Positions 58,101 through 64,000 of a DNA stretch of 64,000 nucleotides are shown in pieces (the stretch's first letter is position 1; every line of letters begins with the position of its first letter). The notes beneath the pieces were generated by a model. That model searched no databases and had not been told where the DNA came from. It saw only the letters and a program-made list of their open reading frames with translations. The stretch lies in the sequence record OV032902.1; one strand, 5' to 3'. The position numbers and the translations under genes are program-made.

Positions 58101-61100
58101 TCCATCTAACAGCGCAACGCTAGAGTCTATGTTTGAGGGAGCAGCTTCGTTTAACAATCCAGTTAATAACTGGGCAGTTAACAACGTAACTAACTACCGT
58201 AACATGTTCAAAGATGCAGTATCATTCGACCAAGACCTAAGTGGCTGGACTGTAACAGCAGGCCAAACATTCGAAGGTATGTTCGATGGTGCAATCGCAT
58301 TTAACCAAGACTTAAGTACTTGGAACACAGTGGGTGCAACCACTATGGCGGCAATGTTCCGTGGAGCTACAAGCTTTAACGGCGATATTTCTACATTCCG
58401 CATGGAAAACGTCAATGATGTTTCTGAGATGTTCAGTAACGCGACAGCCTTCAATGGCACCATCAACGGATGGAATATGTCAAGTGTAACTGACTTCGCA
58501 TTGATGTTTAATAATGCCGACTCATTCGACCAACCGTTAAGCGGCTGGGTTACATCTTCGGGTGTAAGTATGTTTGGCATGTTTGCAAATACGGCTATCT
58601 TTAATCAAGACATTTCTGGTTGGGACGTTTCTAACGTAACAAACTTTGCTGAGATGTTTAAAGGTGCTTTGGCATTTAATCAGAAACTAAGCTGTTGGAA
58701 CACTGTTGATGCAGTAACAATGGATTCTATGTTCCAAGATGCAATTTCATTCGACCAGAACATTTCCGGTTGGTGTGTGTCTGTGATTAATACCAAACCT
58801 ACAGACTTTGATACGAATGGTAATGCTGGCTTTACTGGTAATGCACTAAAACAACCTGTTTGGGGTACGTGTGTTCCTGGTGGCTTCTCTGCTGATTCTC
58901 TTGTTGGTGTTTACTCGCCAATCGACAAGAACAATCTATGGCAAGACGCTGGTAAAACTATTCCTGTAACAACATCGGGTCAAACCGTAGCAGTAATCGA
59001 AGATGGTGTGGGTACAGGCGATGATGCAATCGTTACTGGTACAATCACTTACATGGAAGATACAAACGGTCTAGGTTACTTTAACTTCTCGTCAGGTGCA
59101 GACATTACTATTGCTAGTATCACTCAAGCAGTAGATGTAGCATTTGTTATCCCTGGCGTAGGTAATACGTACACCACTCGTGCAGCTAATGCTGGCGGTC
59201 TAACTTGGTGGGGTAAAGGCGCTGATCATATTGTCGGTCCTATTATCGTAACCGAGCAAGGTGATGGTGGAACAGTACGTGGGTTTGATTGTTCGGTTTA
59301 TCCTTCAGGTACTACTGAAACTCTGGCTTGTCTATTTAAAGATGAAACATTGTTTAACCAGAACATCAATGATTGGGATGTATCGGGCATTAAGAACTTC
59401 CTAGAAGTTTTCGAAAATGCGACTACGTTCAATCAACCACTAGATCAATGGGATACGTCTTCAGCCCTTACAATGATGAGTATGTTCTACGGAGCATCTG
59501 TCTTTAACCAAGACATCTCAAACTTTGTATTGGATAACGTAACTTCTATCTTTGGTATGTTCCGTGATGCAATCGCGTTTAACCAGAATATCAATAGCTG
59601 GAATACTTCAGCTGTCACTAACATGGGTCATGTGTTTAACAACGCAGTAGCCTTTAATGGTGCACTTGATAACTGGGACATGCGTGCAGTAACAAGCACG
59701 ACTTTCATGTTCCGTGGTGCTAACTCGTTCACACAGGACCTAAACGGCTGGACATTTACAGTTCTGGAAAACACCAGTTCTATGTTCTTGTTTAACACAA
59801 TCTTTAACCAACCAATTGATAATTGGAACGTTTCGACTGTGACAAACATGACTGCAATGTTCCGTGGTGCGACGGCATTCAACCAAGACTTAAGTTCTTG
59901 GGTTGTTAATGCAGTAGATACATTCGAGAGTACTTTCCGTGCTGCTACATCCTTCAATGGTGACATCAGTACTTGGACTCCGATTAACGCTACTGTGTTT
60001 AGTCGTATGTTTGATGACACCGGTGCTTTCGATGGCGATATCTCTGGATGGGATGTTTCTTCGGGCATTGAGTTTGAATACATGTTCCGCGATTCACAGG
60101 CTTTCAACCAAGCTATCGGTAAATGGGATTTAGCTTCGGCTACTAACCTAGAAGGTATGTTCCAAGGTGCAGCGGTATTTAATCAGGAAATCAAGTGTTG
60201 GAATACAGGCACTGTCACTAACATGGACAACATGTTTGAAGACGCTGTTGTGTTTGACCGTAACATTTCTTCATGGGATGTTAACTTGATTGGTTCGATT
60301 CCGACTAACTTTGCTACTAACTCTCCGAACGATGGTCTGACTAGTAAACTTCCTTCATGGGGTACAACTGGTACAGGTGGTCTGACTGGTACGAACATTC
60401 TAGCGATTACGGATATTGCTGGTGCAAATGGTCTATGGCAAGACGCTGGTAAAACAATTCCTGCTGCGGCAGATGGTGACCCAGTAGCCGCTATTGATGA
60501 TTTGTCTGGTAATGGTGCAGACTTAATTGCATTCTCTGCTACTCTGCATTTCGACACAAACGGCAATGGTTACATTACACTTGCTTCAGGTGGTTTCGTT
60601 CGTGCGACCGACATCTTTGTTGCATGTGACATGGCCTTTAATGTTCCTGGCGTTGGTAATACTTCTGTGCCTCGCATAGCAAATGCATCTGGTGCTTTGT
60701 TCTGGAATAAAGCATTTGAGCTTAACTTTACTGATTTTGCTATTACCGAATCTGGTTATGGTAACACAGTAGAAGCAAACACATGTCGCGATTACGTAAA
60801 TGGTACAGTGACTACCCTTGCAGGTATGTTCGACAATGAAACATTGTTTAACAGTGACCTGTCTCACTGGAATACCACTGGCGTAACTAACATGTCAGCT
60901 ATGTTCTTTAATGCTCCAATCTTTAACCAACCGCTTGATAGCTTTGACATGTCTTCGGTAACGAATACATCATCAATGTTCTATGCAGCGCAAGCTTTCA
61001 ACCAAGACCTAACAAGTTGGGATGTAAGCAAGGTAGAGAATGGTGCGTTTATGTTTGACACTGCTTCATCGTTTAACGGTGATATCAGTACATGGGAAAT

Positions 61101-64000
61101 GCCAGAAGCTACGGCTCTTAATGGTATGTTCCGTTACGCAGTAGTGTTTAACCAAGACATTAGTTCACTTAACCCTGTTAAGAACTTGAACTTTAGTGAA
61201 ATGTTCCGTCGAGCTGAGAAGTTCAATAACGGTGACGCAGCAGATAATAACACTAAACCACTTGGATGGACAACTGACGCAGCTACGAATATGCATCGCA
61301 TGTTTAAAGACTGTTTTGAGTTTAACCAAGATGTTAGTGGATTTACTTTAGATGCTGTAACAGACACTGAAGAGATGTTCGAAGATAACTGGATCTTCAA
61401 CCAAGACATAACATCTTGGAATGTTGGTGCGGTTACTACGTTCGAATCTATGTTCGAAGATGCTCGTCTATTTAACAACGGTGCGGATAAAGGTTTCGTT
61501 GGTCCGGCAATGGAATGGGATATTAGCTCTGCGACAACTCTTTACGAGATGTTTAAAGATGCTGACTCGTTCAACTGTCCTATGCCTAACTGGGCATTCC
61601 CTAACGGAGCAACAGCATACAACTTGTTAGATGACTGTCGTGACTTCAACCAGGACATTAGTTCATGGACGTTTGGTACTTGTGATATCGGCTACATGCT
61701 TTCTAGCTGTCATTCATTTAACAATGGTGGCGCAGCAGGTACGTCAGCAGTTCCACTAAGTTGGGATACAACTAATGTTACAAACATGGTCGGCTTGTTT
61801 AACAACTGTCGTGCATTCAACCAAAGCTTGCCTAACATGGCATTCGATGGTGTAACATCTATTGCGGATCTATTCTCAGGCTGTGAAGTCTTTAACCAAG
61901 ATCTGAATCATTGGGATGTTTCAATGATCGAAGATATGTCGTACATGTTCTCATATGCGTACGCATTCAACTCTCCGATCGACCAATGGGATACTTCAAG
62001 CGTTACAGACATGTCTAGCATGTTCGAAGACGCAACAGCATTTAACCAGCCAATCGGTTCTTGGAATGTTGGAGCAGTAGAATACTTCCCTAGCATGTTC
62101 GCATACTGTAGTGCGTTCAATCAGCCACTTAACTGTTGGAATACTGTCAATGCGACAGATATGGATTGGATGTTCGAAGACTGTTCTGCGTTCAACCAAA
62201 ACCTAAGTGGTTGGTGTGTGACAAACTTCCCATCGGCTCCAAGCGGTTTCGATAGTGGTGCCTCGGCATACACAGAACCTCGCCCTATCTGGGGCACATG
62301 TCCACGTGGTAATCTGCAAAGTCCTAACATGCTTGCAGCATATGACGCACGTGAGATTACGTCTTTATGGCAAGACGCAGGTCGTACGGCACAAGTAACA
62401 GCACCAGGTCAAACAGTTGCAGCAATAGATAGTGTTCGCACATCTACCTACACTGATCACCTTATTGTTAATGGTACAGCAACGTACCGTGAAGATGCTA
62501 ATGGCCTAGGTTACATCGAAGTAGATAACAATACAACTCTTGAACTTATCGGTCATACTGGTAACGTAGTTGTTTCTTACACTATCCCTATGGTTGGTGA
62601 AGTAAATGTTATTTCGACTTCTACAGCAGCTCAGACAGACTTCTGGGGCAAAGACGCATCATTTATCTTCGGACAGATGATTGTGGCACCAGCAGCTGAT
62701 GCGGCCTTTATTGGCGGCCTTGAGTGTAGTAGCTACAGCGGTATCACTAATGTTTCATTGGCACGTCACTTTGAAGGCGTACTTTCTAACAACTCTCCAG
62801 TTGTTGAATGGAGCACTGCAACAGTAACAGACATGTCATACCTGTTTGCTGGAGATACTTCGTTTGATGGCGATGTAACCAACTGGAATACTTCTAACGT
62901 AACAAACTTCGCTGGAATGTTCCAAGGATGTAGTAGCTTTAATCAGGATATCTCTTCATGGGATGTTACAAGCGCTACTGACATGACCTCTATGTTTGAA
63001 GATGCGTCTGCATTTAACATTAACGTCTCTACGTGGACCATGGGTACACTAGTAACGTCTATGTCTAAGATGTTTAAGAACGCTTCTACCTTCGACCACT
63101 CTCTGACAGGTTTCGTTACAAACTCTGTAACTGACTTCTCTGAGATGTTCATGGGCGCGAGCTCATTCAATGGTCTAGTTAATAGCTGGAACACAGGTTC
63201 TGCTTTAACTATGGAAGGTATGTTTGATGGCGCTAATGCGTTTAATCAATCAGTTGACACATGGGTAACAAACAGCGTGACAAACATGTCTCGTATGTTT
63301 AAAGAAGCATATGCTTATAACCGTAGTATGAATACACTGAACGTACAAAGTGTAACTACGATGGCTCAGATGTTTATGGACGCGTGGGGCTTTAATAGCG
63401 ATATTACAAGCTGGAATACCACTGCCTTGACCGACACATCTGAGATGTTCAGAGGTACGACTGTCTTCAACCAAGCGATTGGTGGATGGAACATGTCTAG
63501 CGTAACGACCATCAATTCGATGTTCCGTGATGCACAGGCATTTAATCAGCCACTAAATACTTGGAATGTTTCTGCGTGTACTGACTTTGGTACTTCTTTC
63601 GCAGCAGCAACAGCATACGATCAGCCAATGAACAACTGGATTGTTACTGCGGGTACGAACTTTAACTTTATGTTCGCAGGTGCAACTCTGTTTGACCAAG
63701 ATATCACAGGTTGGAATGTGGCAGCAGCAACTACCGTAGAAGGTATGTTCTGGGGAGCAGAAGCTTTCAACCAAGCAATTGGTTCTTGGTCTCTACCACT
63801 TGTTACTTCACTACAAGACTTCTTGCGTGACGCTCGTGCGTTTAACCAGGCTCTTGATGCGTGGGATGTATCAGGTATCACCACCATGGAAAACATGTTC
63901 TATGGTGCAGTAGCGTTTAACCAGCCTCTAGCGGCTTGGGATGTTTCAAACGTAACTAACTTTGCTCAGATGTTCCGTGATGCTTCTGTGTTTAATCAAG
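49192..64000 (+). CDS. Giant (at least 4936 aa, 3'-truncated) DUF285/BspA-like 26-residue-repeat protein with nine spacer domains
   Basis: GGAG RBS and ATG at 49192 (MSLLPTIIRLY..). Frame 1 reads as FNQDISGWDVSNVT.M..MF repeats in the segments translated, up to the last bases (FAQMFRDASVFNQ). The track lists no closed frame-1 ORF here, consistent with no in-frame stop. Confidence 0.88.
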   Translation, partial: MSLLPTIIRLYHHQGTQDITKWVLWADRNAADVPSKIPTFLETYYYRKGTYVVHNDRIFRANKIIMKGTFDADEWTEIDQMTGFVARYRSDIDYEQDYYILDSDSKLLRNRYAFSAKVYDENDWEAVVTGSEAETATVYLDQLDSIEEFEVEDGIFIELGGIPDAYDPFADLEPIEKYFTEEREGNYYSFSKELKVFTDLVAGNPASHGDKVARVNPVFGNMVLFQEDEDNRPTYYETEDGIGYLVFTGNEHLLGDLGTTTIDNLNITLGVPGTGHLNLVEHEVTDGIVRFGPTFPDSTKTWYLSEGFLPEEELSTSERIAVDEEVLQRSIASYPSATVQSMSNWFLNDVNFNEDISGWDMSGKFFTDGMFKNATQFNQHIGAWDMENVENTASMFEGASSFNFPLHEWDFAQLKVTRAMFKDAIAFNQDLSLWEMFNVVDASAMFQGAVAFNGFLGLWNMPNLLDASYMLDGAIAFDQDVSQFRLSEVTNLVGMFRNATVFNRPITQWSTTKVTDISFMFEGAEAFNQDLDTFVTSQVTGMIGVFDGATAFNGDITGWDTINVNSMMRMFRNAVAFNQDINPWLTDNVNNMEEMFSGAAAFTYDISDWCVRNILAEPIGFDADTNAAWENQTALQPKWGTPCLRYLARSYYDASRIDTLFQDAAGTIPVQNPGDKVLRWNDLSVNNNAAIGVLATAPTYREDANGRGYVEFNTDEFLSFTDAGISYDTWQTVPGVGFFQLSNTNTVIGPNDTTGSQKRYIGQFVALESNYSAIDETVVVEFVREEQGLYDPNTVTNLSYYFQNMLDFNSDIAEWEMGGITNVEGMFQNASIFDAGIGVWDMGNVENFSYMFDGAVAFNQDIGAWNTANATNMSYMFDGASTFNQTLAWDTSGVTDFDGMFRGAVNYRSVTNFDLTSALSINGMFEGAINFNQPFTGPAPVLMEASSVFQGATKFNSSVDSLIAENVWDISNIFKDAAAFNQDLSSWVTSDVTTMEGSFDGATVFDQDLVWDTSSVETLQNTFRNARNFNSDISGWVTTNVTNMSQTFAGASAFNTDIQSWDVRNVTTFEYTFVNAGSFNQPLNLWRTENAVTFKGMFQGAQTFNQVLSNWDTDTVLDFDFMFFNASAFNNDISTWCVKQIPVAGPEDFSFGSPLIADNTPIWGARCLSDLADLWYDSSDITKVFTDLAKTTQPSPGDKVAVLEDKGKLGLDAIQSDVTKQPIYREDANGLGYLEFPVGSSLTATGVIGTGVWVNNIPSVGGYGDYIVVPASTFTLDFDSVNVPAASRKLGQAIVYYAAPNESDLLVLNKAVRRWSDLYAPGAVTDISAAIEGRADFDWDISTWTMGLVEKANYLLAGCEQFDVDISDWDTSSLQEAEGMFLDCKIFNQDLTWDVQNLANAKAMFRGCTEFNGAIGGWVTTALADLTQTFYAARAFDQDISGWDTQNVLSFQETFSTTRDFNQDLSAWNTSAATTMSGMFLGAESFNSPVATWDTSSVTDFSGMFQAAAAFDQVVDHFDTSSATTLARMFRDAVTFNRSMMSWDVRQVVDFSEMFYGADEFQGQISSWVFDASDILMDRMFRDAYKFNDDIGVWETNNVTSMLEMFRDAFVFGRNLITWCVKDVLPSEATNFGTNSQLQAAQIPLFGEPCIGELLDGYYDAAIKRTVATNIDGTGEPLDGDKVAYLGDLSPNDNHAVQADPALRPTYREDVNGRGYLVFEDDQHLLVPAITGASRNWVAVCGRGTPEWTGQTNNPAKIGIKYAGGANKVWYFGAEAITATARTAAEELLIRNAMQIRALNYPSDLQSEMDWFFHNEQYLSGGLADLNTVGLSTLEGTFKGCQRYNEDITGWDTSAIASFAQTFEGCATLNQDFSTWTVAQGLSFSGMFNGCTSLSFDASGWDVSRASNFSNMFRSCVAFNADISGWTIRTDVDINFFGMFAGATIFNQDITGWNMDRVVNTGEMFYGAQAFNQDLSQWDVESITNMESMFRGAIAFNQDIGDWRVGNVLNMDQMFNGATVFDQDISRWCVSQIPTTPTNFDTASGFLGDLAKQPIWGGYCLIERSEFFHSARDKDYMFQDSAGTVPVTAPGQPVGYVTDLTGNFRPLLQTNNAKRPVYREDDNGNGYIEFGPNQTLVLDYNGRADHILSVADRGKILFADEDFFGGNDIKSYLSAETKGVQRMGDMVGIRTDLATADKTSANATMQQRGLVYHESAQPSMRQFFADNLNVNSADIGAWDMSNVVDVSEMFLNCASFNQDLTGWNVSQVTNFSALFSGAGTFNQAINGWNTANATNMSLMFKGASSYNQSLVGLDTSSVTTVASMFQDAVAYNQTINGLDLSNCTDFSRMFQNAVIFNASVTNIDTSSATTVESMFQDANLFNNGGSAMNAMDFGNCTNFSGMFMNAVNFNQQVSTWVLYTGGSAINMTAMFKAARKFNRDITSWDTTRVTNYTEMFMNANVFNNGGVAMTEAAGNFNVANAVTLEGMFENARLFNVDISDWTTGNVTNMSRLFRSDTGVSVFNQPIGGWNASSVTTMSEMFRAATAFNQNVGTWNVNNVTDMSEMFMSATAYNNAGVQNLESWNVNNVTTMEGMFEFASSFNSFLCRWNVENVVNMERMFNDADAMTAYIAGWDVAHIATEPTDFGGDNIENPPVWGGVAEPCRSDCTRGLVDEGAENVYLAFEAQWLFQDAGGTIPVTADGQKILLIEDSSGNGRHITFDAAEAPTYRLDGADGYFEFPAGTHVEFTGLPGNSKVIFDLIGIGATYVRRSNNGNLFDNARTGTYLVSSIVVAPVTADEVAVIGALNSCTPGYSVATTTLEYLFATEPVIGDVTGWNTLSVTNMHNTFAFCPTFNQDISSWATSNVTTMQGMFSMAVSFNQDISGWAVNNVENFRYMFNGAAAFNCGEPAGQSTTPMSWTTNSVTNMSGMFENATSFNQPIGTWLVTSNTDYSYMFKGASAFNQNINTWIPSNSATLESMFEGAASFNNPVNNWAVNNVTNYRNMFKDAVSFDQDLSGWTVTAGQTFEGMFDGAIAFNQDLSTWNTVGATTMAAMFRGATSFNGDISTFRMENVNDVSEMFSNATAFNGTINGWNMSSVTDFALMFNNADSFDQPLSGWVTSSGVSMFGMFANTAIFNQDISGWDVSNVTNFAEMFKGALAFNQKLSCWNTVDAVTMDSMFQDAISFDQNISGWCVSVINTKPTDFDTNGNAGFTGNALKQPVWGTCVPGGFSADSLVGVYSPIDKNNLWQDAGKTIPVTTSGQTVAVIEDGVGTGDDAIVTGTITYMEDTNGLGYFNFSSGADITIASITQAVDVAFVIPGVGNTYTTRAANAGGLTWWGKGADHIVGPIIVTEQGDGGTVRGFDCSVYPSGTTETLACLFKDETLFNQNINDWDVSGIKNFLEVFENATTFNQPLDQWDTSSALTMMSMFYGASVFNQDISNFVLDNVTSIFGMFRDAIAFNQNINSWNTSAVTNMGHVFNNAVAFNGALDNWDMRAVTSTTFMFRGANSFTQDLNGWTFTVLENTSSMFLFNTIFNQPIDNWNVSTVTNMTAMFRGATAFNQDLSSWVVNAVDTFESTFRAATSFNGDISTWTPINATVFSRMFDDTGAFDGDISGWDVSSGIEFEYMFRDSQAFNQAIGKWDLASATNLEGMFQGAAVFNQEIKCWNTGTVTNMDNMFEDAVVFDRNISSWDVNLIGSIPTNFATNSPNDGLTSKLPSWGTTGTGGLTGTNILAITDIAGANGLWQDAGKTIPAAADGDPVAAIDDLSGNGADLIAFSATLHFDTNGNGYITLASGGFVRATDIFVACDMAFNVPGVGNTSVPRIANASGALFWNKAFELNFTDFAITESGYGNTVEANTCRDYVNGTVTTLAGMFDNETLFNSDLSHWNTTGVTNMSAMFFNAPIFNQPLDSFDMSSVTNTSSMFYAAQAFNQDLTSWDVSKVENGAFMFDTASSFNGDISTWEMPEATALNGMFRYAVVFNQDISSLNPVKNLNFSEMFRRAEKFNNGDAADNNTKPLGWTTDAATNMHRMFKDCFEFNQDVSGFTLDAVTDTEEMFEDNWIFNQDITSWNVGAVTTFESMFEDARLFNNGADKGFVGPAMEWDISSATTLYEMFKDADSFNCPMPNWAFPNGATAYNLLDDCRDFNQDISSWTFGTCDIGYMLSSCHSFNNGGAAGTSAVPLSWDTTNVTNMVGLFNNCRAFNQSLPNMAFDGVTSIADLFSGCEVFNQDLNHWDVSMIEDMSYMFSYAYAFNSPIDQWDTSSVTDMSSMFEDATAFNQPIGSWNVGAVEYFPSMFAYCSAFNQPLNCWNTVNATDMDWMFEDCSAFNQNLSGWCVTNFPSAPSGFDSGASAYTEPRPIWGTCPRGNLQSPNMLAAYDAREITSLWQDAGRTAQVTAPGQTVAAIDSVRTSTYTDHLIVNGTATYREDANGLGYIEVDNNTTLELIGHTGNVVVSYTIPMVGEVNVISTSTAAQTDFWGKDASFIFGQMIVAPAADAAFIGGLECSSYSGITNVSLARHFEGVLSNNSPVVEWSTATVTDMSYLFAGDTSFDGDVTNWNTSNVTNFAGMFQGCSSFNQDISSWDVTSATDMTSMFEDASAFNINVSTWTMGTLVTSMSKMFKNASTFDHSLTGFVTNSVTDFSEMFMGASSFNGLVNSWNTGSALTMEGMFDGANAFNQSVDTWVTNSVTNMSRMFKEAYAYNRSMNTLNVQSVTTMAQMFMDAWGFNSDITSWNTTALTDTSEMFRGTTVFNQAIGGWNMSSVTTINSMFRDAQAFNQPLNTWNVSACTDFGTSFAAATAYDQPMNNWIVTAGTNFNFMFAGATLFDQDITGWNVAAATTVEGMFWGAEAFNQAIGSWSLPLVTSLQDFLRDARAFNQALDAWDVSGITTMENMFYGAVAFNQPLAAWDVSNVTNFAQMFRDASVFNQ

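Noticed and set aside
50665-63896. Many 60-170 aa minus-strand and frame-2 ORFs in the track
   Set aside because: Shadows of the repetitive giant plus-strand ORF; no RBS and no protein-like features.
25630-64000. CRISPR array or diversity-generating retroelement behind the repeats
   Set aside because: Repeats are protein-level and degenerate in DNA; no identical spaced DNA repeats, no reverse transcriptase, and no template/variable pair differing at adenines was seen.
1-64000. tRNA, rRNA, integrase or att site
   Set aside because: No cloverleaf, rRNA-like or recombinase motif recognised by eye; a tRNAscan-SE/Infernal run would be needed to exclude them.

Overview
The window looks like part of a phiKZ-like lytic jumbo phage genome: every credible gene is on the + strand, genes are densely packed, and most operons end in UUCG/GNRA-loop hairpins. 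A marine gammaproteobacterial (Vibrio-like) host is only an inference from codon style and gene content. Layout: (1) 3' part of a probable portal protein with a long acidic tail; (2) ~2.1-21 kb, with four copies of a ~38-bp early-type promoter (TGAAT..CTCTATATWAC) in front of genes for mostly envelope-directed proteins: a membrane-anchored SleB-like hydrolase, small membrane proteins sharing an MFKLFK amphipathic N-terminus (including a duplicated three-gene module), two signal-peptide proteins and a YadA-like trimeric autotransporter; this stretch also holds a GH19 endolysin, a tandem HU-like protein and a degenerate NUMOD4-HNH protein; (3) a free-standing HNH endonuclease and an apparently inactive terminase-ATPase-like paralog; (4) 24.7-42.5 kb fibre/structural operons: a 2351-aa CBM5/12-like repeat fibre, a 2282-aa cassette-built fibre and a GH18 glycoside hydrolase; (5) two more HU-like paralogs, a HAD nucleotidase, a SLOG protein and an SF2 helicase; (6) an EAR/EPTP-like propeller protein followed by a giant DUF285/BspA-like repeat ORF (49192 to beyond 64000, at least 4936 codons) that the ORF track misses because it has no stop inside the window. 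No tRNA, rRNA, CRISPR array or integrase was recognised. All family calls come from motifs read by eye, not from database searches.
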